Shown piece after piece: positions 28,083 to 38,101 of a stretch of DNA of 64,000 nucleotides. The position numbers and the translations under genes were made by a program. Source of the DNA: Bdellovibrionaceae bacterium UBA6776 (lineage in GTDB: Bacteria > Bdellovibrionota > Bdellovibrionia > Bdellovibrionales > UBA1609); assembly GCA_002453155.1 (NCBI GenBank), contig DKGG01000011.1:32190-96189 (forward strand), in the 5' to 3' direction. Numbering within the stretch: the first letter of the stretch is position 1; each line of letters starts with the position of its first letter. The notes under the pieces are model-generated. The model was not told the DNA's origin. It was given only the letters and a program-made list of their open reading frames with translations, and made no database searches.

Positions 28083-30458
28083 ATGGTTGAAGCAATACTT
28101 ATGATTATGCTCTTGCTGGTGGCAGGATTTGTCGGAACCCGTGTGGCCAACACGGTCCGAATGCCACACAGTGTGTTTTTGGTCTTTATTGGTGTGGCTG
28201 CTGGATTGGCCATTCGGCACTTTGATCCGCACCAAGTGGCAAGTCTGGAACATTTATTTCCAGAGATCATTTTATTTGTTCTTTTGCCCCCTTTGATCTT
28301 TGAATCCGCATACAACTTTGATTTGAAAGATCTCAAAAAAGACCTTTTCCCCATCAGTTTTTATGCAGTGATTGCTCTGTGCGCATCGACGGCTATTATT
28401 GGCTTTTCCATGCACTATTTATTTCATCTTTCATTGATTCCAAGTTTGACCTTTGGAGCTTTGATCTCTGCTACCGATCCAGTTGCTGTGGTCGCCCTGT
28501 TCAAAAAAATTGGCGCCCCGAAAAGACTGAATGCTTTGATCGAAGGAGAAAGCCTTTTAAATGATGGTGCTGCCATTGTTCTTTTTCGAGTCCTTGTGGG
28601 ATTTGTAGCGGTCACCACCTTTGAGTCCAGCATGATTACCGAGGGCATGCAGCAGTTTATGATTGTTGCCTTTGGGGGCGCACTGGTCGGTCTTGGGTTT
28701 TATTATGCGACGTCCTTGCTTTTAAAAATCACTTCGGACTCGTCGGCTCAATTGGGACTGACCATCGCTTCTGCCTACTCCACATTTATTGTGGCCGACC
28801 ACTTTTTGCATGTCAGTGGAGTGATTGCCACCATGGTGGTTGGGTTGCTGTTGGGGCACCGAGCGCGACTTGAGTTCAATAAGGAAGCGCTTCATGGAAT
28901 GCATTACATTTGGGAATTTCTTGCGCTTGCTGCAAATACCATTGTCTTTTTTGGTGTGGGTCTTAGTGTGGACCCGGTTGGACTTAAGGAAAGCTATCAT
29001 TTGATTCTTCCCACATTGGGATTGGTCTATTTTGCAAGAGCCTTTGTGGTCTATGGATTTAGTCCGTTGGTCAATGTACTCCGATTGTCAGAGCCGATCT
29101 CTTTTGGATATCAGACCTTGATGATCTGGGGAGGCCTGCGTGGAGGATTGGCTTTGGCACTTGTCCTTCTACTTCCACATGATTTTCCACATCGCCAGCT
29201 TTTTCTTTCATTGGCTTCGGCTGTGGTATTGTCGTCGTTGTTTGTCAATGCATTGACCATCGAGCGAATGATGGGTTGGTTGGGGTTAAAAGAATTGTCT
29301 GACAGAGACAAACGGTCTTATCTTCAGTCCCTGAAGAAAGTGATTTCGGCTTCAATCAAACCTTTTGAAGAGGGGAAAAGCCAAGGTCTGTACTCCTCTG
29401 ATATTGTTCAACATCAGCAGAACTTGCTTCAAAACTATTGGGAGCAGAAGGAATCTGGCATTCAGGGAACTTTGAAATCTTCTGAAAATCAAATTCTCGA
29501 GGAACTTCAACAAGCCCTTCTTGAAGAAAAAGCCCTTTACAATCACAATTTGGCTGAGGGATTTCTGTCGAAGAAAGCTTATATTTCTTTGACGGAATCT
29601 TTTGAAAAGCGAAATGAACTTTTAGAAGAAGAAAAGTTAGAAGTTCTTAAAGCATTTCCTTTTGGGAAGATCATGGAGTCGAAAAAATCGGGACTTTCTC
29701 TTTTTACTTCCCATTCTAAATTTTTGGCCTTGAAGTTGGAGACTTTGCTCCATTTAAAGTTGGCTCTAGAAGAATTGTCTCAAAAACCCTTTAAAGATGA
29801 AGTCAAAGATGTTTTGGCTCATTGGATGGAACGGGCAGAAAAAAGTCTTGAAAAATTTTACGGAGCCTATCCAGACGAGACGGCTTCGGTGCAAACCCAA
29901 TACATCTCGGGAGCCGTCAGCTCAAAGGCAGAGTCAAAAGTGCATCATCTTGTTGAAGAGCAATTGATTTCAGCGGCGGTTGCAACGCGATTGAAGAAGG
30001 ATTTTGAAACTATGCATGAATTGCAGATTGAAGAGTCTAAAAAACTTCTCAATCCTTCTATGTCTTATCTACTCAAACGGGTTCCCATTTTTGGAAAAGC
30101 GCCCAATGCTTTGATTGAAGAAATTTGTTCGAAAGTTCACAAGCAAAGCTTTCGGACGGGAGAAACCGTAGTGACTGAGGGCGAAGAGGGGCACTCTTTC
30201 TACCTTGTGACTTCAGGAATTCTAGAAGTGACCAGTCAATTTCTAGAGGAATCCCAAATGAGACCTCGACTCTATGTGGGGGATTTCTTTGGAGAGTTGT
30301 CACTTCTTTTAGGAAAACCTCGAGGTGCGACTGTCACAGCGGTGGCCGATGCACAGCTCTTAGAGCTTCATGAAAAAGACTTCCATGAAATTCTAGAGAA
30401 ATACCCTGAGATCAAATCTGAAGTGATGTCCGTGGCGGAGCTTCGCCAGTCTGCGTAG
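28083..30458 (+). CDS. CPA1 (NhaP-type) Na+/H+ antiporter fused to a C-terminal cyclic-nucleotide-binding domain
   Basis: N-terminal 400 aa polytopic with ATDPVAV and ESLLNDG motifs; C-terminal cNMP motif GDFFGELSLLLGKPRGATVTA. Confidence 0.85.
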   Translation: MVEAILMIMLLLVAGFVGTRVANTVRMPHSVFLVFIGVAAGLAIRHFDPHQVASLEHLFPEIILFVLLPPLIFESAYNFDLKDLKKDLFPISFYAVIALCASTAIIGFSMHYLFHLSLIPSLTFGALISATDPVAVVALFKKIGAPKRLNALIEGESLLNDGAAIVLFRVLVGFVAVTTFESSMITEGMQQFMIVAFGGALVGLGFYYATSLLLKITSDSSAQLGLTIASAYSTFIVADHFLHVSGVIATMVVGLLLGHRARLEFNKEALHGMHYIWEFLALAANTIVFFGVGLSVDPVGLKESYHLILPTLGLVYFARAFVVYGFSPLVNVLRLSEPISFGYQTLMIWGGLRGGLALALVLLLPHDFPHRQLFLSLASAVVLSSLFVNALTIERMMGWLGLKELSDRDKRSYLQSLKKVISASIKPFEEGKSQGLYSSDIVQHQQNLLQNYWEQKESGIQGTLKSSENQILEELQQALLEEKALYNHNLAEGFLSKKAYISLTESFEKRNELLEEEKLEVLKAFPFGKIMESKKSGLSLFTSHSKFLALKLETLLHLKLALEELSQKPFKDEVKDVLAHWMERAEKSLEKFYGAYPDETASVQTQYISGAVSSKAESKVHHLVEEQLISAAVATRLKKDFETMHELQIEESKKLLNPSMSYLLKRVPIFGKAPNALIEEICSKVHKQSFRTGETVVTEGEEGHSFYLVTSGILEVTSQFLEESQMRPRLYVGDFFGELSLLLGKPRGATVTAVADAQLLELHEKDFHEILEKYPEIKSEVMSVAELRQSA

Positions 30459-30526
30459 TCTGGATTCAATCCAGACTAGTCAGTGAAAGTCTTTCCTTCT
30501 AAGATCAAAGGCGGAGGAAGACTTAT

Positions 30527-31162
30527 ATGAATACTTTAGATCTTATTTTTTACACGAATCCGCAATCTCGGTCTCGCATTGTTCGTTGGATGCTTGAAGA
30601 GCTTCAAGTTCCTTACCAGGTAGAACTCTTGGAGTATGGAACTTCAATGAAATCAAAAAGTTATTTGGCGGTGAATCCCATGGGAAAGGTCCCAGCGATT
30701 TCCCATAGGGGCAAGATTGTTACAGAATGTGCGGCAATCTGTGCGTATTTGGCCGATGCTTTTCCAGAACAAGCTTTGGCCCCGGATTTGAAAGATCGAG
30801 CCCAATATTATCGGTGGATGTTTTTTGCTGCGGGACCTCTCGAATCCGCAGTGACAAATGAAGCCTTGAGATTTCAGGTTCCCTCCAGGCTTGAGAGAAT
30901 GGCCGGGTACGGAAACTTTGAACACACGGTAGAAACTTTGGCCCATGCTGTGAGTCGATCCAATTATGTGGCTGGTGATCGTTTTTCTGCGGCGGATGTT
31001 TATGTGGGATCTCATGTGGGTTGGGGTTTGGAATTTGGAACCCTTCCAAAACGAACAGAATTTGTTTTGTATTTTAACCGTTTAAAAGATCGACCCGCAT
31101 ACAAGCGTGCCAATGACTTGGATGATGAACTGACAAAACAACTTGGAAGCGGGAACGTCTGA
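30527..31162 (+). CDS. Glutathione S-transferase
   Basis: N-terminal thioredoxin-like and C-terminal helical GST domains (NPMGKVPAI). Confidence 0.85.
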   Translation: MNTLDLIFYTNPQSRSRIVRWMLEELQVPYQVELLEYGTSMKSKSYLAVNPMGKVPAISHRGKIVTECAAICAYLADAFPEQALAPDLKDRAQYYRWMFFAAGPLESAVTNEALRFQVPSRLERMAGYGNFEHTVETLAHAVSRSNYVAGDRFSAADVYVGSHVGWGLEFGTLPKRTEFVLYFNRLKDRPAYKRANDLDDELTKQLGSGNV

Positions 31163-31338
31163 TTTAAGTGAGATTTGCCATTCCCAAAACCCTTCATTTT
31201 TTTTCGGTTGATTTCAATGCAGGAGTGACTCGTTGGAAAAAATTGCAGGAGCAGGGGATTGACGCCAAAAGGTCCGATGGTTTGCGGGCCGGAGATGCCG
31301 AGGCTTTTCTCCTGACCCGCACTTAAAAGGAATCAAAT

Positions 31339-31722
31339 CTATTTCATGGAATGAAGGCCGATCATATTGCCTTCACTGTCTTGAACCAGTGCGATGTGTC
31401 CGTAATGTCCAATAGAGAATTTCGGCTTTACGATTTTTCCACCGAAGTCCTCAACTCGAGAAGATTCTTCCGCACAATCTTGGCAACTGAAATAGACGAT
31501 GGTTCCAGAGGAAGATGGACCATAGCCCTTCATTTGAACTAAGGCTCCATTTGCGCCGTAGGTTTCCATATTCCCTGAAAAACCAACCATTTGAAGGTCT
31601 TGGACAGAATCCGGAGTTTCCATTTTATCCAATTTGATTTTAAAGACACCTTCGTAAAAAGTCTGTGCACGGTCCATGTTGTCCACATAGATCTCAAACC
31701 ATCCCACGGCATTTGTTTTCAT
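31339..31722 (-). CDS. VOC (glyoxalase/bleomycin-resistance) family protein
   Basis: 127 aa; pattern WFEIYVDNMDRAQTFY..G....DSEGN.IGLH. Confidence 0.8.
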   Translation of the reverse strand: MKTNAVGWFEIYVDNMDRAQTFYEGVFKIKLDKMETPDSVQDLQMVGFSGNMETYGANGALVQMKGYGPSSSGTIVYFSCQDCAEESSRVEDFGGKIVKPKFSIGHYGHIALVQDSEGNMIGLHSMK

Positions 31723-31771
31723 TGCATTCTCCTTTTTCTAAAGCCTAAAGTTTCAATGGGTCAAACTCAAG

Positions 31772-32650
31772 TTAAGTGGACATTGGCCGCTTGTGGACTT
31801 CAGCAGTTTTCATCGCTAACCCTTCAGCCTTCAAGTTGCCGAAGAACCGAACCAAATCCTCATAAATTCGATCTTTATGAGTGGCAAACATTCCATGGTA
31901 AGCATCTTCATAGAAGCGCGCTTCTGACCCTACAATTAATTTGTCCGCTTCCTTTGCAGAGGCATCTATGGGAACGGTTTTGTCTTTTCCTCCGTGGATG
32001 ATCAGTGTGGGGACATTGATTTTTGCACAGTCTCTGCGAAAGTCCGTTTTTCCAAAGGCATCTACACACTGATAGGTGGCTTCAGGAGAGGCCATCAATG
32101 CAAGTTGCGAGGTGTACCTTAAAAATTCTTGGGAAACTGCTTGGTGAAGTGTGGAAACTCCATAAAAGTCTTTTGCGAACTCCGCCAGAAAGTCGGGGCG
32201 ATCTTCAAGAAGCTTTTGTTTGATGTCTTCAAAAACATCTTCATCGACCCCTGTAGGGTTGTCTTTGGTCTTGAGCATAAATGGCAAGATGGATGAAATC
32301 AGAGCAATCTTTTCGATGCGTTCGGTCCCATATTTTCCAACGTATCGAGCCACTTCGCCACCACCCATTGAAAATCCCACCAAGCTGAATTTTTGCAAAT
32401 CCAAAGCATTGATCAGATCATTCAAATCAGAAGCAAATTGGTCATAATTGTATCCTTCAAAAGGATGGTCTGAGCGTCCAAATCCTCGGCGATCATAACT
32501 GATCACTCGAAATCCAGAGTGCGCAAGACGCCTTGCTTGGTACTCCCACATGTCTAAATTGAGCGGCCATCCATGAATCAAAATCAAGGGGTGACCCTTT
32601 CCCCAATCGTTGTAGTAAAGGCGAACTCCATCTTTTGTTTTTAAATACAT
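31772..32650 (-). CDS. Alpha/beta hydrolase (non-haem haloperoxidase/arylesterase-like)
   Basis: TKDGVRLYYNDWGKG.PLILIHGWPLN..W; nucleophile elbow GFSMGGGE. Confidence 0.9.
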   Translation of the reverse strand: MYLKTKDGVRLYYNDWGKGHPLILIHGWPLNLDMWEYQARRLAHSGFRVISYDRRGFGRSDHPFEGYNYDQFASDLNDLINALDLQKFSLVGFSMGGGEVARYVGKYGTERIEKIALISSILPFMLKTKDNPTGVDEDVFEDIKQKLLEDRPDFLAEFAKDFYGVSTLHQAVSQEFLRYTSQLALMASPEATYQCVDAFGKTDFRRDCAKINVPTLIIHGGKDKTVPIDASAKEADKLIVGSEARFYEDAYHGMFATHKDRIYEDLVRFFGNLKAEGLAMKTAEVHKRPMST

Positions 32651-32674
32651 GACATACTCCTTGAGTGAGTTGAG

Positions 32675-33526
32675 ATGTACACATTATCATTTGCGAACAA
32701 ACCCTTCTCTTTGGAATCCGCAATTGCGGTGGAGTCTTTTGTGAAATATTCGAAACAATTGTTGGTTCTTTTGTCTGTGTCGGTGTGTATGAATTTTTCT
32801 TCATTTGCGGAGGAGGTTCAGGAACAGGAAGAATCTGTTCAAACGGATTCTCCTTCCAACCCGCCCACACCTTCCGCAGTTGAGAAGGCTGCGGAATCGG
32901 TGAAAAATGCAACTCAAAGTTTTTCGAATGAATTGTCCAGCACAAAATTGAGACGGGAAAGCTCGAAGTATGTTCTTTTGGCAAACTATTCGCCGATGGA
33001 TCTGATCATTCCCAGTAAATATGGAGTTTCATTGGGATGGAGTCCGTCTGTCAGCAAAACTTGGGAGTTGGAATACCTGAGAGGATCTGTTTCCATTCCA
33101 TTTCTGGTGAAGGACTTGGGACAAATGTCAGATGAGAGAATTTCGTTGATGGCGCGATCTTACTCTTCGCGAAACAGCTTTAATATCAGTTATGGATTGA
33201 CGTATTTTGATTTTTCAATGCATTTGGGGGACCAATTGTTGAACCGGGTTTCGGGGGGAACCTATCCTTCAATGGATTTGGTTCGGCTCCAATCCCTAGG
33301 ATTCAATTTGGGGATTGGAAACCGCTGGGTCTTTCGCCACAACATCACGTTGGGAGTGGATTGGCTGGCTTGGTCTCAGCCGGTGGTGATGCTCAGCGAA
33401 AAATCCGTTTTTCTGGACCACGCAACCAACTCTCAAGACCGGGATGATGTGAGCAACGCCATGGATGTGATTTCTTATTTTCCCCGGCTGACACTCTTAA
33501 AGCTTCAGTTCGGGATGGTTTTCTGA
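32675..33526 (+). CDS. Putative outer-membrane beta-barrel protein
   Basis: Internal signal-like segment LLVLLSVSVCMNFSSFA (the start may be the GTG at 32741); C-terminal LKLQFGMVF ends in Phe. Confidence 0.5.
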   Translation: MYTLSFANKPFSLESAIAVESFVKYSKQLLVLLSVSVCMNFSSFAEEVQEQEESVQTDSPSNPPTPSAVEKAAESVKNATQSFSNELSSTKLRRESSKYVLLANYSPMDLIIPSKYGVSLGWSPSVSKTWELEYLRGSVSIPFLVKDLGQMSDERISLMARSYSSRNSFNISYGLTYFDFSMHLGDQLLNRVSGGTYPSMDLVRLQSLGFNLGIGNRWVFRHNITLGVDWLAWSQPVVMLSEKSVFLDHATNSQDRDDVSNAMDVISYFPRLTLLKLQFGMVF

Positions 33527-33641
33527 CCTGGGACAAATGCCTTAAGTCCTTAAAATCTCTAGAATGTAGGTCAAATGTTTGATGATTTTTTGAAAGAATT
33601 CGACGATTCTAAGTTCACCTAATGAGTAAGGAGATCAAAAA

Positions 33642-34418
33642 ATGAAGACCTCAAAAGCCTACGACTTGCCCCTCAGAATTTTTCATTGGGCCTTTGCCCT
33701 GCTCTTTGTCTTTTCCTTTTCCGTGGGAAAATTTGTCGACGATGATTCCTGGTTGTATGCCTACCATATGCTGTCGGGAATGACGATGGTGTTCATGGTT
33801 CTCCTGCGTATCGGATGGGGCTTTTGGGGATCTTGGACCTCAAGATTTTCGTCCTTTCAGTTGGCCCCAAAGAAGCTGATCGAATATTTCACCTCTATGT
33901 TTTCTTCAAAAACGACTCGACACTTGGGACACAATCCCGCTTCCAGTTGGGCTGCCTTGGTGATGTTTGGACTGACTCTTTTGATTGGAACAACAGGTGG
34001 ATTGATGATTTTTGGCTTTGATAAACACTTCTTTAAAGAGGTTCATGAAATCTTGGCCATGGGATTTGCCATCCTTGTGGTTGGCCATATTGCTGGGGTG
34101 CTGTTTCATCAAATGAAGCACAAAGACGGAATGATGTTTAGTATGGCTACAGGGAATAAGGCCGGCGTTTCAGGAGAAGATGAAATTTCGTCCGATCACA
34201 AAGGTGTTGCAGTTGTTTTTGTGGCTGCAGTTTTGGTTTTTGGAAGTTATTTGCTGACAAACTTTGATTCCAATACCGGCAAGCTTCATGCCTTTGGCAC
34301 TCAACTGCAATTGGGTGAGGATGAAGGTCATGAGCACGAGCACGAAGGAAAGAGTGAAGGATACAATGAAGGTGATCATGGTGGTGGCGAGGACTTTGAT
34401 TACGACGGCGACGATTAG
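33642..34418 (+). CDS. Cytochrome b561-type membrane protein (PF01292-like) with a His/Asp/Glu-rich tail
   Basis: LPLRIFHWAFALLFV start; four TM helices with conserved His; tail GEDEGHEHEHEGKSEGYNEGDHGGGEDFDYDGDD. Confidence 0.75.
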   Translation: MKTSKAYDLPLRIFHWAFALLFVFSFSVGKFVDDDSWLYAYHMLSGMTMVFMVLLRIGWGFWGSWTSRFSSFQLAPKKLIEYFTSMFSSKTTRHLGHNPASSWAALVMFGLTLLIGTTGGLMIFGFDKHFFKEVHEILAMGFAILVVGHIAGVLFHQMKHKDGMMFSMATGNKAGVSGEDEISSDHKGVAVVFVAAVLVFGSYLLTNFDSNTGKLHAFGTQLQLGEDEGHEHEHEGKSEGYNEGDHGGGEDFDYDGDD

Positions 34419-34420
34419 AA

Positions 34421-34963
34421 ATGAATAAAAAGGAACGTCTGTTTATTTCGATAATTTTGCTTTTGATTGCTGGGTTTACCACATTTGACCTTATGACCGA
34501 TCTCAAAGAAGGAGTGGCATGGTGGCATGCCGCCGTTGAGGGTGGGGTCGCCCTTGTTGCAACAATAGGGGTGTTTTTTCTTTTACGAGGAACTTTTCAA
34601 CTTCAAAAGTCCTTGCAGCAAGAAAAGACACTTTCTGAAAAACTGTGGAAAGAATCTTTTCAATGGAAAGAAAATTCTAAAAGATACATTGAAGGACTCA
34701 GTCAATCGATCGAACAGCAATTGAATGAATGGAGTTTGACCCGTTCAGAAAAGGAAGTGGCATTTTTATTGATTAAGGGATTGAGTTTAAAAGAAATTGC
34801 GGAGCTTCGATCGACCTCTGAAAAGACCACCCGAACTCAAGCGACCTCCATATACTCTAAATCGGGTGTGTCAGGTCGTTCCCAATTGGCGGCATTTTTT
34901 CTTGAAGATCTACTGCTTCCGCAAAGCTCAGAGCTTTCTAACTCTCAAAAGGTTGAACTTTAA
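34421..34963 (+). CDS. Membrane-anchored LuxR-family regulator (no receiver domain)
   Basis: Two N-terminal TM helices; C-terminal LTRSEKEVAFLLIKGLSLKEIAELRSTSEKTTRTQATSIYSK. Confidence 0.8.
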   Translation: MNKKERLFISIILLLIAGFTTFDLMTDLKEGVAWWHAAVEGGVALVATIGVFFLLRGTFQLQKSLQQEKTLSEKLWKESFQWKENSKRYIEGLSQSIEQQLNEWSLTRSEKEVAFLLIKGLSLKEIAELRSTSEKTTRTQATSIYSKSGVSGRSQLAAFFLEDLLLPQSSELSNSQKVEL

Positions 34964-36239
34964 CAGAATAGATTTTGGCCAATACACTGAGCAGAACATA
35001 CAAACCTACGATGTAAGCCAGTTGCTTGGGATCCGCGTGAGCCTCATAGGCAAAAATCAACAAGGCTGCAATTCCGAGCAAAATCATCGCCAGAACCGTT
35101 AAAACTATGTGAGATTTGGTTTTGTCTCGAATGTGAAAGTTGGCATATGCCATTAAAAAAGACACCACAATAAATGTGATACTGCCGAACTCAACGATCA
35201 TTCGGAGGCCACCCGTCAATATGAACAAATAAGAAAGGGCACACATTGCCACAACGGAAAAATGGGGAATGTGACCTTTGCTTCTTTTTGCAAGGAATGG
35301 AGGAAAGACACCATCCTTTGCAATCACTGCCATCAACCGTGAGGCGCCGAAAATCGTGCCATTGATAGCGCTTGAGGTGGCGAGCAAAGCACCAAGAATC
35401 ACCACACCATATCCCCAGGGACCCAATATGTTTGAAGCCCCAGCAGCTAGGGCAAACTCTTTGTCACGAATGATAAATTCTTCGGGAATGGTATGAATGG
35501 CAGCCAATGAAAGAACCACATAGATAAGAGTGGCGCTCGCTATGGCCCAATAGATAGAGGAGGGTACGTTTTTTTCCGGATTTGAAACTTCTTCGTAAGC
35601 ATGAATGACCAACTGAAAGCCTTCGTAAGCCACAAAGGTGATGGCCGCCACGGTAATCACTCCGGACAGAGAAAAATCAGCATAGAGGTTGGAAAACGTA
35701 TGAGGTTCATTGCCTTTAAACAAGAAAAGTCCAGAAATGACGGCCAAGATGAGCACTTTGGTATACACCATAAAGTCTTCAACGCGTCCCATGCCGGTCA
35801 CACTAAGGAGATTGATGCCACCAAACAAAACGATAATGGAGAAAGCAATATATTGAATCAAGCCAGGGGGCTTGTCGGCGAAGAAGGAAGACGTGTAAGA
35901 GGCAAAAGTAAAAGCATAGAGTGCCAAAGTGCTGATATATCCAAAAACAATCAACCATCCAATGGCAGCAATGGCGTAGGTATGGTTTGGAAATGTTTTT
36001 TTAAAGAAAGAGTAGGTAGCGCCTTCGTCTTTGTAGTACGTCGCCAATTTTGAATAGGAATAGGCTGCACAGAACGCTAAGAGCCCTCCAAGGAATATCG
36101 CAATAGGAGTTGCGCCGCCCACCATTTCTACAGAAATTCCTAAGATCGAAAATATCCCACCGCCAATCATTCCTCCCAAGGCAATGGCAATCAGTTCAAT
36201 TTTTCCCAAAGGTTTGTTTTTAGCTCTAGAAATTTTCAC
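34938..36239 (-). CDS. APC-family amino acid permease
   Basis: 12-TM profile; N-terminal LIAIALGGMIGGGIF motif. Confidence 0.85.
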   Translation of the reverse strand: MKISRAKNKPLGKIELIAIALGGMIGGGIFSILGISVEMVGGATPIAIFLGGLLAFCAAYSYSKLATYYKDEGATYSFFKKTFPNHTYAIAAIGWLIVFGYISTLALYAFTFASYTSSFFADKPPGLIQYIAFSIIVLFGGINLLSVTGMGRVEDFMVYTKVLILAVISGLFLFKGNEPHTFSNLYADFSLSGVITVAAITFVAYEGFQLVIHAYEEVSNPEKNVPSSIYWAIASATLIYVVLSLAAIHTIPEEFIIRDKEFALAAGASNILGPWGYGVVILGALLATSSAINGTIFGASRLMAVIAKDGVFPPFLAKRSKGHIPHFSVVAMCALSYLFILTGGLRMIVEFGSITFIVVSFLMAYANFHIRDKTKSHIVLTVLAMILLGIAALLIFAYEAHADPKQLAYIVGLYVLLSVLAKIYSVKVQPFES

Positions 36240-36332
36240 AGGTGGTCTTCTCCCACGAATTCTCCACGAACATTTGCTTCTCCTTCATTAATTTTTTTAA
36301 AACAGAAGATGAAGTCACAAGAAAGGAGTCCC

Positions 36333-37055
36333 ATGTCCGATTGGATTCAAATCGTAGTCTATACCTGGCTGGCAGGACTGACAATGGGTCTTGGGGGAAG
36401 CTTGGCGACAATCGAACGCATTCAGCCCCAATGGTTGGAAAAAGAATTTCGTCATGGTGTTATTGCCTTTGGAGGAGTAGCTCTCTTTTCTGCCGTCAGT
36501 TTGGTGTTGGTTCCGAAGGGAATCGAGAATCTCACAATGGCCGGAGCCACTTTGTCCTTTTTAAGTGGAGCTTTCTTTTTTGCAGACCTGTCGTGGATTG
36601 CAAATCATTCGGGTTGGTCCATTTTGAACTTGATTGCCATGCTTGCGGACTACGTTCCGGAAGCTATTGCCCTGGGGGCAACCTTGAGCACAGAAAGTCA
36701 AACTGGATATATTTTGGCATTTTTAATTGGTCTCCAAAATTTTCCCGAAGGCTTTAACGCTTATCGAGAGCAAATTCACTCCAAACGGGCAAAAGCATGG
36801 CAGGTTCTAACAGTTTTGTTTGCGCTTTCTTTGCTGGGACCGCTTGCGGGAATTTTGGGTTATTCGTTTTTGACCGGACACCCAAAGGTGCTCGGGATGA
36901 TTATGCTCTTTGCCAGCTCTGGAATTCTCTACCTGGTCTTTAGGGACCTCGCGCCGCAGGCAAAGCTCAAAAACACTTGGCTTCCTCCTATGGGCGCCAT
37001 ACTTGGCTTTCTCTTGGGATTGATGGGACACCTGTTCTTGCTTCAGTGGAAATAA
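36333..37055 (+). CDS. ZIP-family metal transporter
   Basis: Polytopic; LIGLQNFPEGFNA resembles the ZIP HNxPEG motif. I chose the ATG at 36333, after AGGAG. Confidence 0.7.
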   Translation: MSDWIQIVVYTWLAGLTMGLGGSLATIERIQPQWLEKEFRHGVIAFGGVALFSAVSLVLVPKGIENLTMAGATLSFLSGAFFFADLSWIANHSGWSILNLIAMLADYVPEAIALGATLSTESQTGYILAFLIGLQNFPEGFNAYREQIHSKRAKAWQVLTVLFALSLLGPLAGILGYSFLTGHPKVLGMIMLFASSGILYLVFRDLAPQAKLKNTWLPPMGAILGFLLGLMGHLFLLQWK

Positions 37056-37074
37056 GGGGATAGGTCTCTTTCTC

Positions 37075-37776
37075 ATGGAAATTCAAAAGCAGATTCGAAA
37101 ACTTGGCGATCCTGTGAGGGCAAAGCAGGCTCAGAGATTTTTTAAAACGGGAAAGGGCGAGTATGCCGAAGGGGACATCTTCCTCGGAATTTCGGTCCCA
37201 GAAATTCGAAAATTGACGAAGCCTTTTCAAGACCTCAGTCTGACGAATTTGCAAAAGCTTACAAAATCTAAATATCACGAAGAGCGTTTGGCAGGTCTTA
37301 TTTTGTTGGTTCATAAATATGAGTCGGCTCCATCTGAAAGTGAAAAAGAGCAGGTCTTTAAAACTTATGTTGGCCTTTTTCCTTACATTAACAACTGGGA
37401 TTTGGTTGACGTTTCTTGCCATCGAGTTGTGGGAGCCCATTTGGAAAATCGAAGTCGAAAAAGACTTTATGCTTGGGCGAAATCTGAGGATTTATGGATT
37501 CGAAGAATTTCAATGGTGAGCACCCTTTGGTTTATTCGAAAGGGCGACTTGGAAGACGCATTTTCCATTGCCAGAATTCACTTAAATGACGAGCACGATT
37601 TGATGCACAAAGCAGTGGGCTGGATGTTGAGAGAGTGTGGAAAGAAAGATTTAAAGAAACTTGAAAATTTCTTAGACAGTTGGTCTTCAAAAATGCCTCG
37701 AACATCCCTGCGCTACTCCATAGAAAAGATGTCTGAGCGCAAAAGAAAATTTTATCTCACGAAAGATAAAAACTAA
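37075..37776 (+). CDS. DNA alkylation repair protein (AlkD-like HEAT-repeat family)
   Basis: IRKLGDPVRAKQAQRFFKTGKGEYAEGDIFLGISVPEIRKL is typical of PF08713. Confidence 0.8.
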   Translation: MEIQKQIRKLGDPVRAKQAQRFFKTGKGEYAEGDIFLGISVPEIRKLTKPFQDLSLTNLQKLTKSKYHEERLAGLILLVHKYESAPSESEKEQVFKTYVGLFPYINNWDLVDVSCHRVVGAHLENRSRKRLYAWAKSEDLWIRRISMVSTLWFIRKGDLEDAFSIARIHLNDEHDLMHKAVGWMLRECGKKDLKKLENFLDSWSSKMPRTSLRYSIEKMSERKRKFYLTKDKN

Positions 37777-38101
37777 AAACAAGCAGGACGGACAAGCATC
37801 CGCCCTGCTAGACCTCAAACAAGATGCAAATGAAGTCAATCCCTCTCAGATCTATCTGCTCTTTGATTTTGAGCTTGAGATGGAGCTGATTTTTTATTTT
37901 TCTTGTTTGTCTCGGGCTGCCGATTTTCCTTAGGTGTGGAAACTCTATGGCTGTCGGTGTTTTTTGTTCGTTGGTTGGTAGGCATTGCGCCCTCCTTTCA
38001 TAGGGTTGCTACAAACTTAAAACGCTTTCGCCCCGTGATCCTAAAGAAGGGGTGGAGAAAATATTTCTTTTTTCGCACAATTGAGTTTCAAGGAGTTTTT
38101 T

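Noticed and set aside
31163-31338. 176-nt convergent intergenic region with a 35-codon frame (VTRWKKLQEQGIDAKRSDGLRAGDAEAFLLTRT) reminiscent of an IS3/IS630 HTH remnant
   Set aside because: It is too short and the resemblance too vague. No inverted repeats or further transposase fragments flank it.
37777-38101. Long 325-nt intergenic region with ORF 37903-38175, considered as a gene, riboswitch or sRNA
   Set aside because: The ORF has no SD and overlaps the monooxygenase start. I could not recognise any riboswitch consensus, only a terminator-like hairpin at 37782-37809. It remains unexplained but nothing positive supports a call.
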